This document shows, in pieces, positions 8,152-17,225 of a stretch of DNA of 64,000 nucleotides. Origin of the DNA: Capsulimonadaceae bacterium (lineage in GTDB: Bacteria; Armatimonadota; Armatimonadia; Armatimonadales; Capsulimonadaceae); assembly GCA_965277885.1 (NCBI GenBank), contig CBDIDS010000003.1, positions 3,019,205 to 3,083,204 on the forward strand, given 5' to 3'. A model generated the notes under the pieces. It worked only from the letters and a program-made list of their open reading frames with translations, did not search any database and had not been told where the DNA came from. The number at the start of each line of letters is the position of its first letter. Position 1 is the stretch's first letter. Position numbers and translations under genes: made by a program.

Positions 8152-9138
8152 TCACTTCCCCGCTGTGAACTCCTGCAAGTACGCGCCGGTCGGGTCGGAG
8201 TAGGAAATCCAGACCGCGTGCGTCTCCGGGTCCACTTGCAGCGTGTGCGACTTCGGGTGCGTCGTGACATTGCCCGCCAGCGTGATGTTCTGGCCGTTCT
8301 CCTGCACCACCGAAATCACCCCTGCGTCCCCGCAGGCGCAGTAAAGCCGCTGCGTATCCTGATCAAACGCGATCTGGTCCACATAGCCGGGGGCGATGGC
8401 GACCGATGACAGGACTTTGCCGGTGTTTTCGTCCAGCATGACTGCCGTGCCGTGACCGGCGCTGAAGACGTGGTGCGTCTTGAAATCAATCGCCATGCCA
8501 TGCGGCGAGGTCATCGGCGCGGTCGGCCAGACGGCCTCGACTTTCAGCGTCGCCGGATTGATGACTTGCAGGACATTCGCAGGCTTGATGTTCTGGTACA
8601 GCCGGTCCGTGCCGGGATCGTACATGACATACTCCGGCGCTCCGGCCACCGGGACCGCGCCGAGGAGCGCGTTGGTTTTGGCGTCAAACACCCAGTCTTC
8701 GGTCGCGTCGTCGTGGCAGACATACAGCGTGTCGTTCTTCGGGTCCAGCACAATATCATCGCCGGGACCGGACAGCGTGATTTCGGCAGTCTTCGCCAGC
8801 GTCGTGTTGTCAAAGACGACCAGCTTGCCGCCCCCGCCCGCCGTAAACAGCTTGTTGTCGGCGTCATCTACCGCAATGCCGTTGATCTTCGCCCCCGTCG
8901 GGAGCTGCTGCACCGCATTTGTCTTCAAATCCAAGACCACCAGCGTACTTTTGCCGGGATGCGAGGCGTACAGCCGGTGCTTGGCCGAATCAATCTGCAT
9001 ATAATCAAAGCCGCCCGCCCCGCCAGGAACCGCAATCGGCGTCTGGGGCGACAGCAGCGACGTATCGGCGGCGAAGGCGGAGTGGGACGCAGCTAGAGCC
9101 GAAAGAGCCGCGCAGGCAGCAAAGTGTTTGAATCGCAT
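8152..9138 (-). CDS. Secreted YncE-like / YVTN-type beta-propeller repeat protein
   Basis: Signal peptide ending AFA-AD. Reiterated ~40-aa units (HRLYASHPG..LVVLD, NKLFTAGGGGKLVVFD, DTLYVCHDD, DRLYQN, QRLYCACGD). Confidence 0.75.
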   Translation of the reverse strand: MRFKHFAACAALSALAASHSAFAADTSLLSPQTPIAVPGGAGGFDYMQIDSAKHRLYASHPGKSTLVVLDLKTNAVQQLPTGAKINGIAVDDADNKLFTAGGGGKLVVFDNTTLAKTAEITLSGPGDDIVLDPKNDTLYVCHDDATEDWVFDAKTNALLGAVPVAGAPEYVMYDPGTDRLYQNIKPANVLQVINPATLKVEAVWPTAPMTSPHGMAIDFKTHHVFSAGHGTAVMLDENTGKVLSSVAIAPGYVDQIAFDQDTQRLYCACGDAGVISVVQENGQNITLAGNVTTHPKSHTLQVDPETHAVWISYSDPTGAYLQEFTAGK

Positions 9139-9165
9139 AAAGAGGCTTTCTTTGACGAATAAGAA

Positions 9166-9327
9166 TTAGGTGCCGGGAGGCAGACCTTTGGCTTGGTCGC
9201 GCTTGTCTCGCGCAGAGACACCGCCGGGGGTTTCCATCGCTTTTTCGCTTTTTCCGCACCCCGCCAGAAGCGGCAGGAGGAGGCTGGAAATCAAGACGAG
9301 GGCGACAAGACGTGTCAGCAAGTTCAT
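9166..9327 (-). CDS. Small lipoprotein (53 aa)
   Basis: MNLLTRLVALVLISSLLLPLLAGCGK has a lipobox LLAGC. AGGA lies 6 nt before ATG 9327. The longer ORF in the track (to 9444) overlaps the upstream gene and is unlikely. Confidence 0.55.
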   Translation of the reverse strand: MNLLTRLVALVLISSLLLPLLAGCGKSEKAMETPGGVSARDKRDQAKGLPPGT

Positions 9328-9400
9328 GGTCGTTCCTAAATTGTGAAAGCGAAGGAGCCTCGGACTGAGCCGCAGTAGTTCAATCCGAGGCATCTTTGCG

Positions 9401-10348
9401 TTAGGGAAGTGGCGTCGAGTTGGCGTACAGGCCGTTCGCGACATTCTGGCAGGTTTCGCCGTCGCTGTCCACTGGATAGCCGCTTAAGCCGGGGCCGTTT
9501 GTGCCGCCGTAGCTGCCGACCGCGCTGGGGTCGTAGCACCAATCGGTCGCCTGGGTGGGGTCAACGGGAATGACAATCGTTGCGCCGGAAGCGTTGCCGC
9601 CAGTGTAGTTCGCCATCCGCATTCGGATCGGCTTGACATGACCGTCCACGAAGCCCATGTTCTCCAAGCCGCCGTGTCGCAGCGCTGCTGTGCTTTTGTA
9701 GCGGCCGGAAGCGTTGTCATCGGCGACTGAAAGATTGTCCCAGGTGTCGCCGAACGCGACGGTCGTGGCTGGGTCAGCCAGCGCCGCGATGCTGCGGCCC
9801 GGCCGCAGAGTTTTGCCGTTGGCGTCTTTTGTCTGCGCCCCGATGAGACCGTAACCGCCGTCGCTAATAATGCCGTCATCGTAGCCATAGCCGATACACT
9901 CGCCGGTCGCATTGTAATTGTCCCAGCAGCCGCCGACATCCAGCTTGCCGGCGGGGCCGGGCCGCTTCAGGGGGTTCGAGCTGCCGGTCCCATCACTGGT
10001 CGTTGCGAGCGCGTCAGTGCGGTCCGGGCAGAGGAATACGTTGACATTTTTCAGATAAGGCTGCAAAGTCGTGAAGTAGTCAGGCGTGTAAGCCGTGTTG
10101 TCAATGCCGCCCGGCTGAAGAGCCTTCGAGACGGTTGGTGTGAACTCATCATAGTCCTGGTTGTACATAGTGTAGGCCAGGCCGATTTGCTTCAGATTGC
10201 TTTCGCAGGTAGCGCGGCGAGCGTTCTCGCGGACTTTCTGGAAGACCGGGAACAAAATGGCGGCGAGAATCGCGATAATGGCGATGACGACGAGTAGTTC
10301 AATCAAAGTAAACGCTTTACGGGAAGCGTTCGAGGAACGGAAAGACAT
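9401..10348 (-). CDS. Prepilin-type N-terminal methylation domain protein, DUF1559 (H-X9-DG) family
   Basis: [24 protein letters not shown] at the N-terminus. [13 protein letters not shown] (H-X9-DG) near the C-terminus. SD AGGAG upstream. Confidence 0.9.
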   Translation of the reverse strand: MSFRSSNASRKAFTLIELLVVIAIIAILAAILFPVFQKVRENARRATCESNLKQIGLAYTMYNQDYDEFTPTVSKALQPGGIDNTAYTPDYFTTLQPYLKNVNVFLCPDRTDALATTSDGTGSSNPLKRPGPAGKLDVGGCWDNYNATGECIGYGYDDGIISDGGYGLIGAQTKDANGKTLRPGRSIAALADPATTVAFGDTWDNLSVADDNASGRYKSTAALRHGGLENMGFVDGHVKPIRMRMANYTGGNASGATIVIPVDPTQATDWCYDPSAVGSYGGTNGPGLSGYPVDSDGETCQNVANGLYANSTPLP

Positions 10349-10469
10349 ACTTGACTCCTAACTGATGTCTGTTTTACAGCACACGAATGTGCCGCCGAGA
10401 CTGTACCCTAGACGACAATAATATTATGTTAAGAGAAGATTAAGTTTTTGCGGCGGTTAAGAAGAACAC

Positions 10470-10580
10470 CACGCCCCAATTGTGGGGAGCAAAACGGAGG
10501 ACAGGAAAGAGGGCGCAGCAAGCAGCGCCCCTGCAGCCTCTTCTCTGGATGGCTCCCCAGAATTGGGGCGGGGGGCTTGC
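10470..10580. repeat. MITE-like palindromic element, family B, copy 1
   Basis: cgccccaattgtggggagc (10472-10490) and gctccccagaattggggcg (10552-10570) are inverted. The internal module is gggcgcagcaagcagcgcccc. Confidence 0.7.
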
Positions 10581-10650
10581 AGGACTTTTGCTGCCCGGCA
10601 AGGAATAGGCTGCCAAGATACACAGGCAAGGCCAGGGAGGGCGCGGGAAG

Positions 10651-12261
10651 ATGCAGGGAAGGCCGCTGATGGTTTGGGCGGCGGCGTTTGCCGCCGGAAT
10701 TGGACTGGCTGCCCTGGGCCGGCTGCCGCCGCTGACCGCCCTCTGTCTCGCGGCGCTCGGCCTGGCGGCGCTGTGTGTCAAACAATGGCCTGCGCTGTTT
10801 CCATTCGGGCTGCTGTTGCTGGGAATGAGCGCCGGGGCGGTCCGCATGGCGGCGTTTGAGACCGTCGCGCCGTCGGATGTGTCTCATCTCGCGGATCGGC
10901 TGAGGCCGGTGACGCTGACGGGGACCATCGGAAGCGACCCGGAAGCGCGGCCCGGCGGGCGGGTGACGTTTTTTCTAAAAGCTGCGTCGGCGCAGGAGCG
11001 CGGCGGGACAGCGGCGGTGACAGGCGAAGTCTCGGCCACGCTGGGCCCGGAGGCCGCGCGAAACGTCTCGCTGGATTACGGCGACGCGGTGCGGCTGACG
11101 GGGCAGCTTACGACGCCCGAAGACGCCACCAATCCCGGTGCGTTCTCCTGGCGCGATTACCTGGCCCGCCGGGCGGTCTACTGCGAGCTGCGGGTTAAGC
11201 GGCCCGGCGCGGCGACCATCTTAGGCGGCGGCAGCCCGAACCCGTTTCTCCGCCTGGCCTGGCAGGTGCGGAAGGCCGCGCTCCGGGCCATTGACTCCAG
11301 CTTGCCGCCCAGTGAAGCCGCCGTGCTGTCGGGAGTTTTGATCGGACACCGCGTGGATCTGCCGCCGGGCCTGCTGGCGGACTTCGTGCATACCGGAACC
11401 GTGCATATTCTGGCGTCGGCGGGCCTGCATGTCGGAATTCTGGCGTTCTGGCTGGAACGGCTGCTGCAAAAGCTGACCCTGCCGCGCAAAGCGCAGGCCG
11501 TGCTGCTGATCGCAAGTCTGCTGCTGTACGCGCTGGTCTGCGGGGGGCGTCCGGCGGTGGTCCGCGCCGTTCTCATGGCCGCGCTGTATTTCGGCGCGGC
11601 CCTATTTGAGCGCGAACCCGACGGCCCCACGGCAGTCGGCGCGGCGGCGCTGATTATTCTGGCGATCCAGCCGACGGCGTTGCTGGAGCCGGGCTTTCAG
11701 CTCTCGTTTTTGACCATCGCGACGCTTGCCGTGACGATGCCGGTCTGGAACGGCTTCTGGCATCCGCGACTTTCTCAAATCAAGCCGGGCTGGCTGGCGA
11801 AACCTGCCGAATGGATGGTGGACGGCTTCGGCCTGTCGCTTCTCGCGCAGCTCGGCGCACTGCCGATCATGGCGTCGGCGTATTCCGAAGTCTCGCTGAC
11901 AGGGTGGGCCGCCAATGCTTTAGTCGTCCCGCTGCTGTTTCTGCTGATCCCGCTCGGCTTCGCGGGCATCGGGCTTTGGGCGCTCTCGCACACGCTCGGT
12001 GCGCTGGTCTTGGCGGCGGCAGGCTGGGGAGTGCGCGTCATCGCACGGGTCGTGACGACGCTCGGCGAGCTGCCGTGGGCGTATTGCGCGTTGCCGCCGC
12101 CCCCGCTGCCGCTGGTTTTAGGATTTTATGCGCTTGTCTATGGAGGGACAGACTATGCTGCTCAAAGATTGCTGGGAAAACAAGATCACGCGCCGGCGTC
12201 TGCTGCTGGCGCCGCTGGTGCTGGGACCGGCGGCATGGTGGGGATGGTCCCGCCGTCCTGA
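10651..12261 (+). CDS. comEC: ComEC/Rec2 competence channel protein (DUF4131 plus competence domain), lacking the usual C-terminal metallo-beta-lactamase domain
   Basis: VLSGVLIGHRVDLPPGLLADFVHTGTVHILASAGLHVGILAFW and multiple transmembrane segments. Confidence 0.85.
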   Translation: MQGRPLMVWAAAFAAGIGLAALGRLPPLTALCLAALGLAALCVKQWPALFPFGLLLLGMSAGAVRMAAFETVAPSDVSHLADRLRPVTLTGTIGSDPEARPGGRVTFFLKAASAQERGGTAAVTGEVSATLGPEAARNVSLDYGDAVRLTGQLTTPEDATNPGAFSWRDYLARRAVYCELRVKRPGAATILGGGSPNPFLRLAWQVRKAALRAIDSSLPPSEAAVLSGVLIGHRVDLPPGLLADFVHTGTVHILASAGLHVGILAFWLERLLQKLTLPRKAQAVLLIASLLLYALVCGGRPAVVRAVLMAALYFGAALFEREPDGPTAVGAAALIILAIQPTALLEPGFQLSFLTIATLAVTMPVWNGFWHPRLSQIKPGWLAKPAEWMVDGFGLSLLAQLGALPIMASAYSEVSLTGWAANALVVPLLFLLIPLGFAGIGLWALSHTLGALVLAAAGWGVRVIARVVTTLGELPWAYCALPPPPLPLVLGFYALVYGGTDYAAQRLLGKQDHAPASAAGAAGAGTGGMVGMVPPS

Positions 12262-13108
12262 CCCTGATGCCGGGAAGCTCAAGGTCATCGCCGTGGATGT
12301 CGGGCAGGGGGACTGCACCTTAGTTCTCACGCCGGGCGGGCGGACGCTCTTGATAGACGGCGGCGGGACAAGCGACGAAGCGGCGGCAGGCGATACGGAT
12401 GTCGGGGCCAAGATCGTCGTGCCGTTCTTGGAATACCTCGGCATCAACAAAATAGATGTGCTGGTCGCAACGCACCCGCATGGGGACCATGTCGGCGGGC
12501 TGTCCGCCGTCCTGCGCGGCCCCCAGATCGGCTTTGTGCTGGACGGTACGACGCTGCCGTACCCCTCGCCCGCCTACACCGAATTCCGCAGCCTTGTGGG
12601 GCGCAGCAAAATCGCCTGTGCGCGGGCCGTGCGGGGGCAAAGCTTCGACATGGGCGACGGTGTGCGCGTCTTGGTTCTGAACCCGCCGCCCGATAATGCT
12701 TATGGCCTATCGGCGGCTTACGGGACAAACAGCGACGACGCGACCATCAACAATTACTCCGCCGCGCTCCAAATTGACTACGGCGCGACCCGCTTCATCC
12801 TTACCGGCGACGCCGAAAACGACGCCGAAGCCGCCATGCTGGCCGCCCACGGCGATCTGCGCTGCGACGTATTAAAAGCAGGCCATCACGGCTCCAAGAA
12901 CGCCACCGGCGATGATTGGCTTTCGCGTCTCATGCCGCGCCATGCCGTCATTTCCTGCGGTCGCCACAACCACTTCGGCCATCCCGCCCCGGCAACGCTG
13001 GCCCGGCTGGACGCGCACGGCGTCCAGATCTTCCGCACCGACCGCCAGGGCGCCATCACGTTCGTCAGCGACGGCAGGACCGTCACCGCCCGGCCTTTTC
13101 TCAAGTAG
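12155..13108 (+). CDS. Metallo-beta-lactamase-fold domain of ComEC, either as a separate ORF or frame-shifted from 10651-12261
   Basis: LKVIAVDVGQGDCTLV, THPHGDHVGGL, LKAGHHGSKNA. ATG 12155 has SD GGAGGG (12142-12147). It overlaps the upstream ORF by ~107 nt. The track ORF starts at 12128. Confidence 0.8.
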   Translation: MLLKDCWENKITRRRLLLAPLVLGPAAWWGWSRRPDPDAGKLKVIAVDVGQGDCTLVLTPGGRTLLIDGGGTSDEAAAGDTDVGAKIVVPFLEYLGINKIDVLVATHPHGDHVGGLSAVLRGPQIGFVLDGTTLPYPSPAYTEFRSLVGRSKIACARAVRGQSFDMGDGVRVLVLNPPPDNAYGLSAAYGTNSDDATINNYSAALQIDYGATRFILTGDAENDAEAAMLAAHGDLRCDVLKAGHHGSKNATGDDWLSRLMPRHAVISCGRHNHFGHPAPATLARLDAHGVQIFRTDRQGAITFVSDGRTVTARPFLK

Positions 13109-13114
13109 ATGGAA

Positions 13115-13212
13115 GAAGCCCCCCGCCCCAATTTTGGGGAGCAATACGAAGGATATAGATCACGGCCTTATCTGCTTCTTTTGTGGCTCCCCAGAAATGG
13201 GGCGAGGGCTTC
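13115..13212. repeat. MITE-like palindromic element, family B, copy 2
   Basis: gaagccccccgccccaattttggggagc and gctccccagaaatggggcgagggcttc are inverted arms. Confidence 0.7.
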
Positions 13213-13224
13213 CCAATGGCTGGG

Positions 13225-13419
13225 TCAGGAACCCCAAATGATGTTTCTTGGCTGAGGCGGGACGGACGCGAGTAATTTTTGAGCCTGAGCGGAAAGCGAA
13301 AATGAGACCGCCGGGGCGGGCGTCGCGGAGGGCGCGGCAGGCGCTGCCGGAGAAACCGACGTGGTGTACGGCGTGCTGCTGGAAACAGCGTTAAGTGCGT
13401 TCATGGAAATCCCTTTCAC
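13225..13419 (-). CDS. Small hypothetical protein (Ala/Pro/Ser-rich)
   Basis: ORF only. MNALNAVSSS...AVSFSLSAQAQKLL. No family assigned. Confidence 0.3.
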   Translation of the reverse strand: MKGISMNALNAVSSSTPYTTSVSPAAPAAPSATPAPAVSFSLSAQAQKLLASVPPQPRNIIWGS

Positions 13420-13498
13420 TGAAGACGAGTGATCCGATCACGGTAACACGCTGATTGTCGGCAGGGCGGCGGGGTTCATTAGGGGAGAAAGTAAGACG

Positions 13499-14605
13499 AT
13501 GACGCTTTCGGGGTTCCACAGGACGGAAGCAGCGGCGCTGTTCGACAGCGACGCTTACGCGGCGATGGAAACGCTGATTGCATCGGCAGGGACATCAATT
13601 CGCCTGACGTTTTATTTATTCGGCGGCCCGGATGCGGGCCGCATGGCGAATAGTATGGCCGCAAAAGCGGCGGCCGGCGTGGAGGTCCGTGTGCTGCTGG
13701 ACCAGTCGCTTGGCTTCGGGCCGACCCTGCCGCGAGTGCTCTGGGAATGCCGCCGCACTTACGCCAAGCTGCGGCGGCTCGGCGTCCCCGTGCGCCTCAG
13801 CGGCCCGCGCCCGCTGCCGGAGTCGCCGGGCAGAACGACGCTTTCGCATCACAAGTACATTGTCATAGATGACAAAGAAGCGTTGGTGGGCGGCATGAAT
13901 GTCGGAACAGTGTTTCGGCGCTACCATGACCTGATGCTGTCTCTGAATGGCCTGATTGCCGCCGATCTGGCCCGTCAGTTTGATGCCGACTGGGAGTATG
14001 CCGGGGGCGCACCGCTTCCACCGCCGGCAGCGGGATTCGACATGCTTGTCCCATTTATGGGCAGCCTATTGGGGTCGGCGCGGGTTGTCGGAACACGGGC
14101 GGGCCGGCGCACGACGCAAACGGCCTTGACCCAGAACCTGCGCCGGGCGAAAACGTCTGTCTGCGTTGCACTTTGCGAGATGGGCCGGACCGCGCTTCTT
14201 GCCGACCTGATCGCCTGCCGCAAACGCGGCGTCTCCGTGCGCGTTTTGCTCGACCCGCAGATCATGGCGCGTTTCGGCCCGTCCGGCCTCTTGAACGCCG
14301 GGGCGACTCAAGACCTGCTGGACGCCGGGATTGCCGTGCGGCTTTACCGTCTCGGCCCGGACTTCGTGCGCCTGCATCTGAAAATGGCGATCTTCGACGA
14401 GGAAAGCGCCGTCGCCGGGTCCACCAACTGGACACGCGGCGGCTTTGAGTGGGTCGGCGAGACCGACATCGAGCTGCACGGCGGTCGTGTCATCACGGAA
14501 CTCTCGACGCAGTTTGAAGCCGACTGGCAGCGTTCCTACCCCGCCCCCGCCCCGACGCAAAGCGCCCATCTCCTGCACGATTGGTACGAGAAATGGGCGC
14601 AATGA
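13499..14605 (+). CDS. Phospholipase D / cardiolipin-synthase-like protein (two HKD motifs)
   Basis: LSHHKYIVIDDKEALVGGMNVG and LHLKMAIFDEESAVAGSTNWT. SD GGGGAGAAAG upstream. Confidence 0.85.
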   Translation: MTLSGFHRTEAAALFDSDAYAAMETLIASAGTSIRLTFYLFGGPDAGRMANSMAAKAAAGVEVRVLLDQSLGFGPTLPRVLWECRRTYAKLRRLGVPVRLSGPRPLPESPGRTTLSHHKYIVIDDKEALVGGMNVGTVFRRYHDLMLSLNGLIAADLARQFDADWEYAGGAPLPPPAAGFDMLVPFMGSLLGSARVVGTRAGRRTTQTALTQNLRRAKTSVCVALCEMGRTALLADLIACRKRGVSVRVLLDPQIMARFGPSGLLNAGATQDLLDAGIAVRLYRLGPDFVRLHLKMAIFDEESAVAGSTNWTRGGFEWVGETDIELHGGRVITELSTQFEADWQRSYPAPAPTQSAHLLHDWYEKWAQ

Positions 14606-14637
14606 TCGGCTTTCAATGACCGGCTTTCAATGACCGG

Positions 14638-15906
14638 CTAGACTGGCGACGTAGGCGACTTCTTACGGGCCAGGACAACGCCACCCAGGCCAAGCGCCAG
14701 CAGCAGGCCGAGGCTCACCGTGGTAGAGGCTTCGGGAACGGCGGCGGGCAGGGCGAAGCGCAGGACTTCCCCGTCGCCCGCGCCGTTGCCCTGGCTGGAC
14801 AGATACAGCGCGTTGTCGGAACCGGCGATCAGATTGGTGTAATTGGAGCCGGGCGCAAGCGTCGCCAGCAGCGTGTCTTGTCCGGTCGCGGGGTCGAACT
14901 GGAACAGGTCGGCGGGGCCGGGGTTCGGGCCGAGGCCGTTTGTGGTCAGGTCCAGCACATACAGGTCGCCGTTCGCCCCGAAGGTCATGCCGGTGATGGT
15001 CGTGAAGCCTTTTGCAAAGACCGACGATGTGTTGGTCTTTGGGTCCAGGCTCAGGATGCTTGCGCCGCCGACCGGGAATGGGTAGCCGGTGAACTCGCCG
15101 GCGTACAGTTTGCCCTGCGAGTCCTGGGCCAGCGCCGTGGGAACGCTCTGGTAGAACGGCGGGCCGGGAGCCGTGTTCTTGGTGGCCGGGAGCGCACTCA
15201 GCAGAGACGGAGCGCCGCCGCCTGCGGGAGTTTGCAGCACGACGTTCCCGCCGCCGTCGGAAACGGCAAAGCCGCCGCCGCGCAGGGCTGACAGGCCGTA
15301 GGGGTTGGCTTCCGGCGTTGTCCCGCCGGGGTTGTTCGCTGCATAGTTCTGGGTCTCGTAAGGAACCAGATCGGACTGCGGCGTCAGCGTGTTCAGCGCG
15401 GCATTGAGCCGAACCACCTGCCCCAAATCCCCGGCGTTGGTGCTGCCCGCGCCGGACGGACCAAGCACATCCGAAACAAGCTGCGTCCGCTGCGCTTCCG
15501 TGCCGCCGAGGCCGAAGACGCCGTAGAGCTGGCCGCCGCTGAAGGCGATGCCCGAAAGGCCGGTCGCGCCGCCCCCGCCGCCGGCGGTATCGAGCGAAGG
15601 CAGGCCGCTGACGACCCGTGTTTGAACGCCGTCTGAAAGGCGGCTGACCGCGCCGGTATCGCCGAAGTAGACCTGGTCGCCCGCGCCGTTCACAAAGTTT
15701 GCGCCGGTCGCCGCGCCGCTGTTTCCGGTGCCGGCTTCGGCGACATACAGGCTGCCGTCGGGGCCGAACGCGAGGCCGTAGGGGTTATCCAGCCCGGACA
15801 TGACCACTTGGAATGGGGAGGGAGGAGGGGTTTGGGCCATCGCCGGAGCCGCCGCAAGCGCGAGGACGGCTGCGCTGAGCGCGGCATGAGAAAGAATGTG
15901 CTTCAT
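14638..15906 (-). CDS. Secreted beta-propeller (NHL / SMP-30-like) protein with PEP-CTERM sorting signal
   Basis: Signal peptide. GLAFGPDGSLYVAE and GMTFGANGDLYVLD repeats. C-terminal VPEASTTVSLGLLLALGLGGVVLARKK. Confidence 0.85.
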   Translation of the reverse strand: MKHILSHAALSAAVLALAAAPAMAQTPPPSPFQVVMSGLDNPYGLAFGPDGSLYVAEAGTGNSGAATGANFVNGAGDQVYFGDTGAVSRLSDGVQTRVVSGLPSLDTAGGGGGATGLSGIAFSGGQLYGVFGLGGTEAQRTQLVSDVLGPSGAGSTNAGDLGQVVRLNAALNTLTPQSDLVPYETQNYAANNPGGTTPEANPYGLSALRGGGFAVSDGGGNVVLQTPAGGGAPSLLSALPATKNTAPGPPFYQSVPTALAQDSQGKLYAGEFTGYPFPVGGASILSLDPKTNTSSVFAKGFTTITGMTFGANGDLYVLDLTTNGLGPNPGPADLFQFDPATGQDTLLATLAPGSNYTNLIAGSDNALYLSSQGNGAGDGEVLRFALPAAVPEASTTVSLGLLLALGLGGVVLARKKSPTSPV

Positions 15907-16272
15907 GGAAAAGAGTCCTTTTTTGCGTGAAAAAGAGTGTGACTCCCTGCGGCGGGGGTGAAGTGGAACACCGCACTTTTACCAGTGCATAAACCATGCC
16001 AACCCCAGGAAAGTTGGCCTCACACCGAAAAAGCCCGAATGCTTCTTCTGAGAAGCAGTGTACCGAAGTAGGTAACAACAGGATAGGACTGAAATCACAC
16101 GCCGGCTGTGACAACCATTACAGCGCGACGCCGCTCGGCTTGACACTCCCTGCCGCCGCGCAAGACCCCCGTATTTCTCCCGTGTGCTTTCCCCCGCGTG
16201 CCGCCGATAATCGGTTTATCTGTTCTTGCTGAGACCCTGCCAAAGATTAGTATGCCGAAAGAAGGCGCCCCT

Positions 16273-17124
16273 ATGAAAAACCCGTATTTGGAAAGTCTGC
16301 TTTCCCGCATCAACGATATTCCGACCCTGCCGGCGAGTGTCCTGCGGGTCATGCAGATGATCGAAGACCCGTTCTGCTCGTCGTCGGACCTCGCGAAAGT
16401 CATTCAGGCCGACCCGGCCATGGCGGCCAAAGTCCTGAAGCTGGCGAACTCCTCCTATTACGGCTTCCGGCAGAAGATCGCCAACATCCCGCAGGCCGTC
16501 ACCCTGCTCGGCTTTGCGACGCTGAAAAACACGCTGCTGGCCGCCGCCGTCTTTGATTTGTTCCGGGTCGCCGGAACCGGCTTCGATCTGCCTGCGCTGT
16601 GGACCCATTCGGTCACGACCGCGACCGCCGCGAAGCTGCTGGCGAAGCGGACCAAGTATCCGCAATCGGAAACGGCGTTCACCGCCGCGCTGATGCACGA
16701 TGTCGGGAAGATCATTCTGGCCCGCTTTATCCCGCAGGGCCTGGCCGAGATTGTCGCCGTGATTGAAAAAGAGCATCTGGCGATGTACGATGCCGAGAAG
16801 AAGATCTTGGGACTGTCGCATCCGGCCCTCGGCGCGTGGGTGCTGGGCCGCTGGGGCCTGCCTGCGCCGGTCGTGGAAGCCGTCGAGTTCCACCACCACC
16901 CGACGCGGGCGCAGAACGGGTTCGATCTGGCAGGCATCGTCTACCTTGCCAACATCTTAGCCCACCGCTCCGGCATCGGCTGCGGCGGCGACGGCCTGCC
17001 GCGCGAAATGGACCCGGTTGTGCTGGAATACTACGATCTGAACGAGTCTGCTCTCGCAGATATGGAAGACGCGCTGATCTTCAAGCGCCTGGAAATCGAA
17101 GCTTACGCGATGTCGGCGGCGTAA
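16273..17124 (+). CDS. HDOD domain signalling protein
   Basis: LPTLPASVLRVMQMIEDP...LAKVIQADPAMAAKVLKLANSSYYGF...HDVGKIIL. ATG 16273 is preceded by GAAGG. The track ORF starts at 16198. Confidence 0.85.
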   Translation: MKNPYLESLLSRINDIPTLPASVLRVMQMIEDPFCSSSDLAKVIQADPAMAAKVLKLANSSYYGFRQKIANIPQAVTLLGFATLKNTLLAAAVFDLFRVAGTGFDLPALWTHSVTTATAAKLLAKRTKYPQSETAFTAALMHDVGKIILARFIPQGLAEIVAVIEKEHLAMYDAEKKILGLSHPALGAWVLGRWGLPAPVVEAVEFHHHPTRAQNGFDLAGIVYLANILAHRSGIGCGGDGLPREMDPVVLEYYDLNESALADMEDALIFKRLEIEAYAMSAA

Positions 17125-17145
17125 TTGCGCTGTGCCTGGTTTTAG

Positions 17146-17215
17146 GTAGGGGCGCAGCAAGCCAAGAAGGGCGCAGCAAGCAGCCGAAGAAGGGCGCAGC
17201 AAGCAGCGCCCCTAC
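17146..17215. repeat. Three tandem copies of a ~22-bp GC-rich module (gggcgcagcaagcagc...), closed by gtaggggcgc/gcgcccctac
   Basis: ggggcgcagcaagccaagaa / gggcgcagcaagcagccgaagaa / gggcgcagcaagcagcgcccc. The same module occurs inside elements B1, B4 and (inverted) A4. Confidence 0.75.
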
Positions 17216-17225
17216 ATTTGTTACC

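Noticed and set aside
13225-13419. FlgM-like anti-sigma-28 factor, suggested by VSFSLSAQAQKLL.
   Set aside because: Only a short motif resemblance. The characteristic C-terminal sigma-binding helices are missing, and no flagellar genes are nearby.
14606-14637. Tandem duplication cggctttcaatgac x2 between convergent genes, and a similar agaagcaccta x2 at 36641-36665.
   Set aside because: These are short simple duplications with no associated structure or motif, probably replication slippage of no functional note.
15907-16272. c-di-GMP (GEMM-type) or other riboswitch in the long 5' regions of the two PEP-CTERM genes (also 59367-59544).
   Set aside because: I read both strands and could not find the conserved GEMM cores or any other riboswitch consensus I know. 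Only generic hairpins are present.
16836-17225. 5' extension of ORF 16836-19274 overlapping the HDOD gene. The same applies to the extensions of 26256-27353, 34092-35249, 34613-36640, 38042-38668, 41338-42192, 49045-50151 and 50015-51043.
   Set aside because: The extensions are Arg/Pro-rich, overlap well-supported neighbours or repeats, and internal starts with SD sequences give proteins that begin where family homology begins.
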